Source of the DNA: Myxococcota bacterium
Lineage (GTDB): Bacteria; Myxococcota_A; UBA9160; UBA4427
NCBI GenBank assembly: GCA_036336835.1
Contig: JAYZFK010000088.1
Span: 28,002 to 92,001 of the forward strand
Direction of reading: 5' to 3'
Length of the DNA stretch: 64,000 nucleotides
The notes beneath the pieces are model-generated. The model ran no database searches. It was not told the DNA's origin and worked only from the letters and a program-made list of their open reading frames with translations. Both the position numbers and the translations under genes were made by a program. Positions 17,994 through 27,160 of the stretch are shown piece by piece. The stretch's first letter is position 1, and each line of letters starts with the position of its first letter.

Positions 17994-18491
17994 ATGGCTT
18001 TCGGACGAAGGGACGACGGGATGGGGCCGAAGTCGACGACGACCAGCGGAGGCAGGAGCAACAGCCTCGGTAATCTGACCGCCTTCATCGATCAGGGGTC
18101 GGAGTTCGATGGCAAGCTCTCGTTCAAGGACACGGTTCGCATCGACGGCCGTTTCAGCGGAGAGATCAGCAGTGAGAACACGTTGATCGTCGGCGAGACC
18201 GGTGAGATCGAGGCCGATATCCACTCGCCCTCCGTGGTGATCAGCGGTGTCGTCACTGGGGACGTCTTTGCCACTTCCCAGCTCGTGCTGTACAAGACGG
18301 CCTGCCTGACTGGCAACGTCACGACGCCGAACCTCGTGATGGAGGAGGGCGCGCTGCTGAACGGCCAGCTCAAGATGGAGCGGCCCGGTCCGACGGCGAA
18401 GGCACCCGCGAAGCCCGAGGTCGGGCCCGACGCCGGGCAGGCCAGCGCGAGCGCCACAAAGTCATCGAACGCGACCAACCACCCGAAGTAA
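17994..18491 (+). CDS. Bactofilin (polymer-forming cytoskeletal protein)
   Basis: FIDQGSEFDGKLSF..VRIDGRFSGEI..LIVGETGEIEADI..VISGVVTGDV..GNV..LVMEEGALLNG beta-helix repeats; SD GGAGG. Confidence 0.92.
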   Translation: MAFGRRDDGMGPKSTTTSGGRSNSLGNLTAFIDQGSEFDGKLSFKDTVRIDGRFSGEISSENTLIVGETGEIEADIHSPSVVISGVVTGDVFATSQLVLYKTACLTGNVTTPNLVMEEGALLNGQLKMERPGPTAKAPAKPEVGPDAGQASASATKSSNATNHPK

Positions 18492-18526
18492 CTGGCTCCC
18501 AAAGGGGCCCGAGTGAAGACGCGGGC

Positions 18527-18772
18527 TCAGCCTGAGACGACCGCCGTGACGCCGCGTACCGCCCGGCGCAACGGCTCCTCGACCGCGACGCGAAGTGTTG
18601 CGGTCTGAGCCGGGCAGGTTGCGCAGGCGCCCTGGAACGCCACCCGCACGACACCGTCCACACCGACGTCGAGCAGCTCGAGGTTGCCGCCGTCGGCCAC
18701 CAGCCCCGGGCGGATCCGGTCGAGTACCGCCTCGATGGCCTCGCGCGATGGCCGGTCTGTCTGGATCTCCAT
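18527..18772 (-). CDS. NifU/NfuA C-terminal domain protein
   Basis: IRPGLVADGGNLEL, FQGACATCP (CxxC). Confidence 0.9.
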   Translation of the reverse strand: MEIQTDRPSREAIEAVLDRIRPGLVADGGNLELLDVGVDGVVRVAFQGACATCPAQTATLRVAVEEPLRRAVRGVTAVVSG

Positions 18773-18837
18773 GCCCGAGCCAATCGGCTGCACCAGTGGG
18801 CTCGTGCTGTGACGCCCGTCACCGGCGCTCCGCAGCC

Positions 18838-18846
18838 TGCTAGCTT
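18838..18846 (+). promoter_or_regulatory. Putative extended -10 (TGCTAGCTT) 9 nt upstream of moaD-moaE ATG
   Basis: TGn-TAnnnT directly before the start codon with no SD. Confidence 0.45.
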
Positions 18847-18855
18847 CGGTCCCCG

Positions 18856-19515
18856 ATGAAGGTGGTCGTCAAGCTGTTCGGGTCGGTGCGCGATGCGGTC
18901 GGTGCCCGAGAGATCGGCCTGGAGGTCTCCGAGGGCGCCACGGTAGGCGATCTGCGCGGCCAGCTGGCCGCCGAGCACGCCGTCTTCGATCAGCTAGGCG
19001 AGCGGCTCGCGGTGTCGGTCAACTTCGAGCTTGCGGAGTTCGACAGCGTGCTCGCACCGGGCGATGAGGTTGCCTTCCTCCCGCCGGTCTCGGGAGGGGT
19101 CGGACTGTGCACGATCTCCGACCAGCCGCTCGTTCTGGCGGAGGTCGCGGCGCGTGTAACGGGTCGTGACGCGGGCGGTGTGGTCCATTTCGTCGGTGCC
19201 GTGCGCGACCGCGCCCGCGGCCGCGATATCGAGTACCTCGAGTACGAGGCCTATGGCGAGATGGCGGAGCGCGAGATGTTGCGCATCTCCGACGAGTGCG
19301 CGCAGCGCTGGCCTGGCACGCGGGTTGCGATCGCGCACCGGACCGGACACCTCGAGATCGGCGACAGCGCAGTGGTCATCGTCGCCGCCGCGCCCCACCG
19401 GGCGGCGGCCTTCGAGGCCTGCCGCTACGCGATCGATACGCTCAAGCGGACGGTGCCGATCTGGAAGAAGGAGGTCGCCACCGACGGGCACTACTGGGTG
19501 GACGATCACGCATGA
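18856..19515 (+). CDS. moaD-moaE: Fused molybdopterin synthase MoaD-MoaE (MoaX-like)
   Basis: MoaD ending GDEVAFLPPVSGG continues in frame into MoaE (GGVVHFVGAVR, LEYEAY, HRTGHL, PIWKKE). Confidence 0.93.
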   Translation: MKVVVKLFGSVRDAVGAREIGLEVSEGATVGDLRGQLAAEHAVFDQLGERLAVSVNFELAEFDSVLAPGDEVAFLPPVSGGVGLCTISDQPLVLAEVAARVTGRDAGGVVHFVGAVRDRARGRDIEYLEYEAYGEMAEREMLRISDECAQRWPGTRVAIAHRTGHLEIGDSAVVIVAAAPHRAAAFEACRYAIDTLKRTVPIWKKEVATDGHYWVDDHA

Positions 19516-20045
19516 GCGACACCCACTCTCCTGCCTCGCAGCGGCATCACCATCGCCGCGATGCGCTGCTCTCGGTGCCGACGGCGGTGGTCACCGTGAG
19601 CGACACTCGCACGCTCGAGACGGACAAAGGGGGCGCGCTGGTCGCCGAGTTGCTCGAGGGAGGGGGCCACGCAGTCGCGTCGCGAGAGATCGTGAAGGAC
19701 GACCCCGCCGCGATCCGCACGGCGCTCGCGGCCGCGCTCGCGGCCGATGGCGTGCGGGCCGTGATCCTGACAGGCGGCACGGGCGTGGCGCCGCGCGACG
19801 TGACCCCCGAGAGCGTGCAGCCGTTGCTCGAGCGCGAGGTGCCCGGCTTCGGTGAGCTGTTCCGGACGCTCTCCTACGAGGATATCGGCTCGGCGGCGCT
19901 GCTCTCCCGCGCGCTGGCGGGGCTGGCGCGCGGCCGGGTGATCTTCGTACTGCCCGGCTCGTCCGGCGCGGTCCGTCTGGCGATGGAGAGGCTGATCCTT
20001 CCCGAACTCGGCCATCTGGCTGCCGAGGCCGTCAAGACGCGCTGA
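19512..20045 (+). CDS. moaB: MoaB/MogA-family molybdopterin adenylyltransferase
   Basis: VTVSDTR, LTGGTGVAPRDVTPE, PGFGELFR, LSRA, LPGS. Confidence 0.92.
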   Translation: MSDTHSPASQRHHHRRDALLSVPTAVVTVSDTRTLETDKGGALVAELLEGGGHAVASREIVKDDPAAIRTALAAALAADGVRAVILTGGTGVAPRDVTPESVQPLLEREVPGFGELFRTLSYEDIGSAALLSRALAGLARGRVIFVLPGSSGAVRLAMERLILPELGHLAAEAVKTR

Positions 20046-20066
20046 GCGCTCGCCGATGAGAGCCTG

Positions 20067-21380
20067 GTGAAACCGCACTGGCCTCTCTGCGCCTGGCTCG
20101 CTCTGCTGGCGCTCTCTGCCGCCGTCGCCGATTCCGAGGCGGCGAGCTCCGATCCCGCGAGCTCCGATCCCGCGAGCTTCGTCTGGGTGGACGAACACGG
20201 CCTGACTCACCTGACCGACGATCCGGGTGGCGTCCCGGACGCCGTGCGGGGCGAGACCGGCCTGGCGACCCGGGATCGGCTCGACGCGCTGTGGGACGAC
20301 GGCGTGGCGGGGCCGCCGCTGACGACGCCGCCCGGCAGCTCGGGCTCGGACGACGACCGCGTGGTCCGACTGCTCGGAGGCGTTCGCGCTGATCTCGCGC
20401 GCGGTGAGCAGGCGCGGGCCGCCGCGACCCTGCGGAGCCTGCTGCGGCTCGATCCCGCGCGGCCGGAGCCGCACTGGTATCTGGCGCACCTCGATCAGCA
20501 GCGCGGGCGCTATGCGAGTGCGCGCGGCCACCTGCTCGAGTATCTCAGCCGCGCCGGTGCCGAGCGAGATGGCCCCTTTCGCGCGGCGGCGCGAGCCCGG
20601 CTGGCGCGGCTCGACGAGGAAGAGGCACTTGCCGACACGCAGCGCGAGCGTGGCCCGCTCCGGCTGATCGAGTACACAGGCGAGAACTTCCGCCTCGAGC
20701 TCGACGCCGAGCTCGAGATACGGCCGGAATTCGCAGACACCGTGATCAAGTACCTCGAGGGCGCTCACAGCGACGTCGCACAGCAGCTGGGTGTGGTGCC
20801 CGAGGAGCCGCTCGGAGTCGTGTTCTACGGTCGCGCTTCGTACCTGCGCGCACATCAGAAACGTTTCTCGTTCCAGACGGTCGGCTTCTTCGATGGACGG
20901 ATCCACGTGTCGTCGCCAGCCGACCCGGGTGAGCCGCTCCGGGCGCTGCTCTACCACGAGTACGCCCATGCGCTGTACCGCGAGCAGACCGGCGGAGATC
21001 GTCCGTACTGGCTCAACGAGGGACTCGCAGAGCTCGCCGAGCGGCGCGCCAAGCGGGTGCCGGCTTCGACGCGCAGCGAGCGCGCCTCGCTGCGGACGCG
21101 GATCGCCGGCAGAGACTGGATTCCGCTGCGGCGGATCGCGCCGAGCTTCGGCGGCCTGCAGGGCGAGGATGCACGCGCGGCGTATCTCGAGTCGATCGTC
21201 GCCGCAGGGTGGATCGAAGAGCGCACCGACGTCGCCGCGCGCGCCGGGCTGCTGCGCCGGCTGGGCCAGGGCTGGTCGATCGATCAGGCGTTGCACGAAG
21301 CGCTGGGCGTCGACACCGAAGGTCTCGATGCGGCGATCCAACGCCGGTTGCTCGACGAGTTCCCCACGATCGCTCCCTGA
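20067..21380 (+). CDS. Secreted DUF4124 + TPR + peptidase MA-like metallopeptidase
   Basis: Signal peptide; WVDEHGLTHLTDDP (DUF4124-like); TPR-like helices; HEYAH...PYWLNEGLAE zincin motif. Confidence 0.8.
   Translation: MKPHWPLCAWLALLALSAAVADSEAASSDPASSDPASFVWVDEHGLTHLTDDPGGVPDAVRGETGLATRDRLDALWDDGVAGPPLTTPPGSSGSDDDRVVRLLGGVRADLARGEQARAAATLRSLLRLDPARPEPHWYLAHLDQQRGRYASARGHLLEYLSRAGAERDGPFRAAARARLARLDEEEALADTQRERGPLRLIEYTGENFRLELDAELEIRPEFADTVIKYLEGAHSDVAQQLGVVPEEPLGVVFYGRASYLRAHQKRFSFQTVGFFDGRIHVSSPADPGEPLRALLYHEYAHALYREQTGGDRPYWLNEGLAELAERRAKRVPASTRSERASLRTRIAGRDWIPLRRIAPSFGGLQGEDARAAYLESIVAAGWIEERTDVAARAGLLRRLGQGWSIDQALHEALGVDTEGLDAAIQRRLLDEFPTIAP
20142..20178 (+). repeat. In-frame 15-bp tandem repeat (GCGAGCTCCGATCCC x about 2.5; ASSDP)
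   Basis: Two exact copies plus a partial third, just after the signal peptide. Confidence 0.85.
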
Positions 21381-21407
21381 GACCGAGCCGGGAGACGAAC
21401 CAGGGGA

Positions 21408-22106
21408 TCAGGGGCCCGTGGACTCGCCTTCGTCGCGCTGGCGACAGGCTTCGAGCAGCAGGTCGGTGACGCTCGCGCGGATCGTCACCTCGCCGTCGTG
21501 GGGCTGTGGGTCGAAGCGGAACTCGCCCTGGGTCATGTTCACCAGCGTGACCGCGGCCTCGAAGCCCGCGAGCTTCTCGGTCTCGGCGTGCACGGGCTGG
21601 CCGGCGACGAACCACACTCGCGCGGTTCCCGAGGTTCCGCGGATCTCGAGCAGCCCGGTGTTGGCGCCGAGCTCGAGCATCTGGAGCACCGCGAACGGGG
21701 GGATCTCGGCCAGGTCGCCCTGAAAGGCCTCGCGCGTCTCGACGCGCTCGGCCACGATCGTCCGTTCCTCGCCGACCGTCGCGCGCGCATCTCCCTGCAC
21801 GGCGTCGATCTGACAGAAGGTGATCGTGCTGGAGCCGATCTCGATCCGATCGCCGGGACTCAGTGCCCGCTCGCTCTCGATGAGCTCGCCGTTCACGAAG
21901 GTACCGTTGGTGCTGCCGAGGTCGCGCACCCATTGACGGCCGTCGCGGAAGTGCACCTCGGCGTGGCGCCGCGAGATGTCGCTCCTCGGGACCGCGAGCT
22001 CGCAGCTCGGGTGCCGGCCAATCGCCACCGGGGAATCGGGATCGACGCGCAGCGGCGGCAGCGGCGGACAGAACAGCATCGCGGTGCGGGCTTCTTCCAC
22101 GCTCAC
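21408..22106 (-). CDS. FHA + DUF4388 signalling protein
   Basis: FHA: IGRHPSCEL, ISRRHA, DLGSTNGTFVNG. DUF4388: FQGDLAEIPPFAVLQML..TGLLEI..G.F.F..DLLLEACRQRDE. Confidence 0.88.
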   Translation of the reverse strand: MSVEEARTAMLFCPPLPPLRVDPDSPVAIGRHPSCELAVPRSDISRRHAEVHFRDGRQWVRDLGSTNGTFVNGELIESERALSPGDRIEIGSSTITFCQIDAVQGDARATVGEERTIVAERVETREAFQGDLAEIPPFAVLQMLELGANTGLLEIRGTSGTARVWFVAGQPVHAETEKLAGFEAAVTLVNMTQGEFRFDPQPHDGEVTIRASVTDLLLEACRQRDEGESTGP

Positions 22107-22180
22107 GAGGACTAGAGCGGCAGTTGGGTCGTCCAGCTTGAATCACGGGTTCCGCTGGGAGCGGAATCCGGCTGGCTCGT

Positions 22181-22651
22181 TCAGCGCTGCGTGGCTGGCG
22201 AGAGCTCGACGCGGTCGCCGCGGCGCCAGCCGTGGGCCTGGGCGAAGCCGGCCGGGACCTCGAGCACGCTGTCGATCAGCTCGCGCGCTCCGTAGGTCGG
22301 CAGCCGGGAATCTGGGGTGCCGGGCGCGGGCAGAGGGACACGGTGCGAGATCTCGACCAGCTGCCCGTCTCGGATCCAGACCATGTCGATCGCGAAATGC
22401 ATCCGCTTCATCCAGAAGCGCTGGAAGCTCGCCCTCGGGTACTGGAACAGCATGCCCTGGCCCCAGGCCAGCTCCCGGCGATCTGACAGCCCCTGGACCT
22501 GCTCGGCGGGCGTACGCGCCAGCTCGACCGAGACCTGCGTACCGCGGATCGAGACCCACGGCCGATCGCCATCGCCGCCGGCGAGACCGCCGCTGCCGCA
22601 GGCGAGCAGCGCGCTCGCGAGCAGTGCCGGGGCACGGCCTGCGCGGTTCAT
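22181..22651 (-). CDS. DUF192-domain lipoprotein
   Basis: Lipobox LLAC; VELARTPAEQVQGLS, GMLF, FWMK, VLEVPAG. Confidence 0.88.
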   Translation of the reverse strand: MNRAGRAPALLASALLACGSGGLAGGDGDRPWVSIRGTQVSVELARTPAEQVQGLSDRRELAWGQGMLFQYPRASFQRFWMKRMHFAIDMVWIRDGQLVEISHRVPLPAPGTPDSRLPTYGARELIDSVLEVPAGFAQAHGWRRGDRVELSPATQR

Positions 22652-23664
22652 GTGTTGCGGTCGGGTGCGTAGTACTCGAAATCGACCAGCTTCGATTTCA
22701 TGTGCTCTCGGAGTCGGCTGATCAGCCGGACCTCGAGCTGGCGGACGCGCTCGCGCGTGATGCCGAACTCCTCGCCCATGTTGGCCAGGGTGCGCGGCTC
22801 CTCCGCCAGCACGCGCTCTTCGAGGATTTGCAGGTCGCGCGGCTCGAGCTGCCGCTTGAAGGCCTTGATCTGCTCCAGGAAGACGCTGCGCAGCTCGCTG
22901 TCGCCGATCTGCTCCTCCGCGCCGGCCTCGCCGCCGCTCATGAAGTCGCCGTAAGTGGCACTGCCGCCCTCGTCGCGTACCGGAGCGTCCATCGAGAGGT
23001 CCGGCCGCGACAGGCGCTGCTCCATGTCGACGACGTCCTGCTCGGTCACGTCGAGGCGCTCGGCAATCAGCTTTGGCGTGACCTCGTAGCCCTGTCGTTC
23101 GAGCTCACTCCGCTCCTTGTTCAGGCGGTAGAACAGCTTGCGCTGTGCGCGAGTCGTGCCGAGCCGCACGCTGCGGAGGTTGTCGAGGATGTACTTGAGG
23201 ATGTACGCCCGGATCCAGTAGACGGCATAGGTCGAGAGCTTGACGCCCTTGTAGGGATCGAAGCGCTGGACGGCCTCCATCAGTCCGACGTTGCCCTCCT
23301 GGATCAGGTCGAGCGTGTTGGTCCAGGCGCGTCGGTACTCCATCGCGATCTTGACGACCAGCCGCAGGTTGGAGACGACCAGCTGACGCGCCGCATCCAC
23401 GTCGCCGTGCTCGACCCAGCGGCGCGCGAGCGTCTGCTCTTCTTCACGCGAGATCGGCGGATAGCCGCGCAGCTGGGCCATGTAGCGAGTGAGTGTGTCT
23501 CCCGACTCGAGCTGGCCCGGCTCGCCGCCGAGTGGCGTCGGGACGAGCGCGCTCTCGGGGTCCACCACGACGGGCAGGTTCGGTTCGACATCGTCTGTGC
23601 CGCGCGCGACGTCTTCGGCGTCGTCGTCCGTGTCGTCGTGGATATCGTCGGGTTCGCGGCTCAC
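22648..23664 (-). CDS. rpoH: RNA polymerase sigma-32 (RpoH-like) factor
   Basis: NLRLVVKIA, DLIQEGNVGL, FDPYKGVKLSTYAVYWIRAYI, RpoH box QRKLFYRL, GITRERVRQLE. GTG start with SD GAGAGGA. Confidence 0.9.
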   Translation of the reverse strand: MSREPDDIHDDTDDDAEDVARGTDDVEPNLPVVVDPESALVPTPLGGEPGQLESGDTLTRYMAQLRGYPPISREEEQTLARRWVEHGDVDAARQLVVSNLRLVVKIAMEYRRAWTNTLDLIQEGNVGLMEAVQRFDPYKGVKLSTYAVYWIRAYILKYILDNLRSVRLGTTRAQRKLFYRLNKERSELERQGYEVTPKLIAERLDVTEQDVVDMEQRLSRPDLSMDAPVRDEGGSATYGDFMSGGEAGAEEQIGDSELRSVFLEQIKAFKRQLEPRDLQILEERVLAEEPRTLANMGEEFGITRERVRQLEVRLISRLREHMKSKLVDFEYYAPDRNT

Positions 23665-23823
23665 GCGCGATCCTCTCGCTTGGCGCGATAGAGCGCAGGG
23701 CGCTGGTGTCACCGTAGCGCAGGGCAGCCCGCCGGAATCGGCCACGCCGATCCCGCTCGGCTGTCTGGGCAGAGCGCGTCCAGGGGCCTGCGAGGCCGGG
23801 GGTGCGGCCCGGGTGGCGAGCGG

Positions 23824-24192
23824 CTACTGCTTGAGCGTGCGGACGAACGCGATGATGTTCGCGACCTCTTCGTCCGACAGGTGCGGCAGCGGCGCCATCA
23901 TCGCGTTGCCACCGAACACTGCCGCACCCTGCGTGATGATGTCGCTGAGATCCGCGTCTGTGCCGCTGGTGCCGTCGCCGTCGGTGTCGTACTGGAAGTC
24001 CCCTTCCGCGAAGTTGCGCGGCTTGGGGTCGAGTGCGACTGCAACGGGGCCATCGCCCGCGCCCTCGGGACCGTGGCAGGAGGCGCAGTTCGCCTGGAAG
24101 GAGACCTTGCCCGCCTCGGCATCGGCTGCCTCGGCGGCGGTAGGCAGAGTGATGGCCAGCACGGCCACGGCAGCGAGCAGTGTGCGAAGCAT
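23824..24192 (-). CDS. Periplasmic monoheme cytochrome c
   Basis: Signal peptide, CASCH, GDGP..LDPKPRNF, distal Met region AMMAP. Confidence 0.92.
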   Translation of the reverse strand: MLRTLLAAVAVLAITLPTAAEAADAEAGKVSFQANCASCHGPEGAGDGPVAVALDPKPRNFAEGDFQYDTDGDGTSGTDADLSDIITQGAAVFGGNAMMAPLPHLSDEEVANIIAFVRTLKQ

Positions 24193-24374
24193 CGTCTTGG
24201 TCTCCTAGGCTTGGGCTGCGCTTGCGGCGGAGCCTGCATCGTTGGCGGGGATATCGCATGTCCCCGAGTCGGGGGCGGGCGTCGGTCGGGTTGGCACGAA
24301 AGTCCGGTTCGGCCGGGCTGCGATCGCGCGCCGGCGCAGGGTACGGGGTGGCTCGAGACGCTTCAACCCCGGTG

Positions 24375-25901
24375 TCAGGACCGGGTGCGGAGCCACTCGA
24401 GCAACATGCGCACGCCCACACCGGTGGCCCCCGCGACGTTGCACCCGTCGGCCTTGGACCCCCAGGCCGTGCCTGCGATGTCGAGGTGCGCCCACGGGCC
24501 GTCGCCCGCGAACGCGGCGAGGAAGCCGGCCGCCGTCGAGGCCCCCGCATCGCGTGCGCCGGCGTTCTTCAGGTCGCCCACGGTGCTCTTCATCGCGCGT
24601 TCGTGCTCGTCGAACAGCGGCATGCGCCACGTCGTCTCTCCCGTCGTCTGGCCCGCTTGCACGAGCGCGGCCGCCAGTCCGTCATCGCGACTGAAGACCC
24701 CCGTTGCCCAGCGCCCGAGTGCGACGACGCACGCTCCGGTCAGCGTCGCGAGATCGACCATGGCATCGGGCCGGAACTCGCTTCGCGCGTAGTGGAGCGC
24801 GTCGGCCAGTACGACGCGGCCTTCGGCGTCGGTATTCAGGATTTCGATCGTTTTCCCCGACATCGAGCGCACGACGTCCCCTGGGCGGTAGGCGCGCCCC
24901 CCGGGCATGTTCTCGGCCGCCGCGATGACGCCGACCACGTGGATCGGCAGGGCGAGCTTGCCGACCGCCTGCATCGCCCCCACGACGGCGGCCGCACCCG
25001 ACATGTCGTGCTTCATCTCGTGCATGTTGCCCGACGGCTTGATCGAGATGCCGCCGGTGTCGAAGGTGATCCCCTTGCCGACCAGGCAGACGGTCGGCGT
25101 CTTGCGGGTCTTCCGCTTCGGAACGTGCTCCATCACGATCATGCGCGGCGGGTTGGCGCTGCCCTGGCCAACGGCCAGAATGGCTCCCATTTCGAGCTTT
25201 TCCATCTGCTTCACATCGAGGACTCGGCAGCGCAGTCCGGTCCTGCGCGCTACCGCGCGAGCCGCGCTCGCGAGCTTGACGGGCGGCAGCTCGTTGGCCG
25301 GCTCGTTGGACAGATCGCGCGCCAGGTTCTGCGCGTCGGCGAGGATCTGCCCGTCGTGCACCGCCTGGCGCACGGCGCGCAGCTCGCCGCCTTCGAACAG
25401 CAGCGTGACCGAGCGCGGGCCGCTCGGTGAGTCGGGTTTCTGCTGTTTGTACCGGTCGAAGCGGTAGGCCCCGAGTACGGCGCCCTCGCAGAGCGCCTGC
25501 GCCACGGCCGCCGGCGTGATCCGGCGAACTTTCGGCATGGCGAGGGCCACCGTGGTGGCCCGCTTCCCGCGGACCCGCTTGACGGCGCTGCCGGCGGCCA
25601 TGCGCCGGCGCTGGCCCTCGAGGTCCTTCTCCTCACCCAGCCCGCGCAGCAGCAGGCGTGCCGGAGTCGCCTTGCCTGTCGGATAGAGCACGGCGGTCTC
25701 GCCGCGCTTGCCCGCGAAGTCTCCGCGGGCAACCAGCGCTGCGATCGGTCCCCCACAAGCGCGGTCGAGCGCCGCGACGGCCGGGGGCAGGCGCTGCGGT
25801 TTTTTCGACCCCCCGGGCGCCGCTGTGAGCTGCGCCACGGGAATCACGAGCCAGTCGGCTCTGGCCTTGCTCAGCGCCTGGGCGCGCACCGAAACCTGCA
25901 T
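24375..25901 (-). CDS. pepA: Leucyl aminopeptidase (M17)
   Basis: VGKGITFDTGG, MKHDMSGAA, NTDAEGR, DLATLTGA, WAHLDIAG; SD AGGAGG. Confidence 0.96.
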   Translation of the reverse strand: MQVSVRAQALSKARADWLVIPVAQLTAAPGGSKKPQRLPPAVAALDRACGGPIAALVARGDFAGKRGETAVLYPTGKATPARLLLRGLGEEKDLEGQRRRMAAGSAVKRVRGKRATTVALAMPKVRRITPAAVAQALCEGAVLGAYRFDRYKQQKPDSPSGPRSVTLLFEGGELRAVRQAVHDGQILADAQNLARDLSNEPANELPPVKLASAARAVARRTGLRCRVLDVKQMEKLEMGAILAVGQGSANPPRMIVMEHVPKRKTRKTPTVCLVGKGITFDTGGISIKPSGNMHEMKHDMSGAAAVVGAMQAVGKLALPIHVVGVIAAAENMPGGRAYRPGDVVRSMSGKTIEILNTDAEGRVVLADALHYARSEFRPDAMVDLATLTGACVVALGRWATGVFSRDDGLAAALVQAGQTTGETTWRMPLFDEHERAMKSTVGDLKNAGARDAGASTAAGFLAAFAGDGPWAHLDIAGTAWGSKADGCNVAGATGVGVRMLLEWLRTRS

Positions 25902-26034
25902 GCCGGGTCCTCCTATTCGCTGCATCGAGCGGGCGGGACGCTCGCTTGATGCTCAGTGGGGCCTTACTTAGACTCGTGGCGCGGCCCCCGTTGGCCGATA
26001 TCAAGCTTCGAGGCTGTCTGGGGGGGCTCGTCTC

Positions 26035-26730
26035 GTGGATCTCGATGTTATCGGACTGATTCTGCAGGCCAGCCTGCTCGTCAAGCTGGTCCTCATCATG
26101 CTCGGCGTGATGTCCGTCGCGTCGTGGGGGATCATCGCGCACAAGTACCGCGAACTGCGGCGCGCGGAGCAGGATAGCGAGGCCTTCATCGAGGTCTATC
26201 GCGATGAGCCGTTCGCCCACGCCTTCGAGGCCGCGCGCGAGCTCGACCGCAGCCCGCTGGCCACCGTCTTCCTGGCGGGCTGCGCGGAGCTGCAGGCGCT
26301 CGGCAAGCGCGAGGGCGACGGTCCGGTCCAGCGGCTCGAGGTCGAGCAGGTGCGCCGGGTGCGCAAGGTGCTTAGCTGGGTCGCCGCCCGCGAGGCGCGC
26401 CGCTTCGAGCGCGGGCTGCCGTTCCTGGCCACGACCGGGAGCTCGGCCCCGTTCATCGGGCTGTTCGGCACGGTGATCGGCATCCTCGGCTCCTTCCAGG
26501 GCATCGGCCGCACCGGCAGCGCAAGTCTCGCCGTGGTCGCGCCCGGCATCGCCGAGGCGTTGATCGCCACCGCGGTCGGTCTGTTCGCTGCGATTCCGGC
26601 CACGGTCTTCTACAACAACTTCGTCGCCCGTCTCGACGCGATCGCGGAATCGATCGACCTGTTCCGAAGCGAGTTCGAGGGCGACCTCGACGTGCTCGCC
26701 GAGCAGGCGACCGAGGCGGGCAGGCGCTAG
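26035..26730 (+). CDS. tolQ: Tol-Pal motor protein TolQ
   Basis: SVASWGII, FLATTGSSAPFIGLFGTV, VAPGIAEALIATAVGL.AAIPA. Confidence 0.93.
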   Translation: MDLDVIGLILQASLLVKLVLIMLGVMSVASWGIIAHKYRELRRAEQDSEAFIEVYRDEPFAHAFEAARELDRSPLATVFLAGCAELQALGKREGDGPVQRLEVEQVRRVRKVLSWVAAREARRFERGLPFLATTGSSAPFIGLFGTVIGILGSFQGIGRTGSASLAVVAPGIAEALIATAVGLFAAIPATVFYNNFVARLDAIAESIDLFRSEFEGDLDVLAEQATEAGRR

Positions 26731-26733
26731 GCC

Positions 26734-27144
26734 GTGGCTGCGTCGGTCGGACCGCGCGGTGGTCGCCGCGCCATGAGCGAGATCAACGTGACACCGCTGG
26801 TCGACGTGATGCTCGTCCTGCTGGTGATCTTCATGGTGACCGCTCCAATGATGCAGCAGGGCATCGACGTCGATCTGCCCCAGACGACGACCCAGCCGCT
26901 GCGGGTCAAGGACGATCCGTTGATCCTGACGGTGAAGCAGGACGGCACCTACCTGCTGGGAAGTAATGAGGTCGCGCTCGAGGAGCTCCAGACGAAGCTC
27001 GAGGCGTTGTTCGACGCGCGCGGCAACAAGGATCTCTATCTGCGTGCCGATCGCGACGCCCCCTACGGGATAGTGGTGAAGGGGATGGCCGCTGCCCGGG
27101 AGGCGGGGACGCAACAGCTCGGCGTCGTGACCGAGCCAGAGTGA
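26734..27144 (+). CDS. tolR: Tol-Pal motor protein TolR
   Basis: SEINVTPLVDVMLVLLVIFMVTAPM, LRADR..PYG. Confidence 0.93.
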   Translation: MAASVGPRGGRRAMSEINVTPLVDVMLVLLVIFMVTAPMMQQGIDVDLPQTTTQPLRVKDDPLILTVKQDGTYLLGSNEVALEELQTKLEALFDARGNKDLYLRADRDAPYGIVVKGMAAAREAGTQQLGVVTEPE

Positions 27145-27160
27145 GCGGGGCGGCGCGACG

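Noticed and set aside
18492-18526. Hairpins between convergent genes (also 24330-24374 and 37852-37905) as intrinsic terminators
   Set aside because: Short GC stems without U-tracts; not distinguishable from chance.
20142-20178. Tandem repeat as a contingency locus or CRISPR
   Set aside because: Only about 2.5 in-frame copies in a linker, with no spacers and no cas genes.
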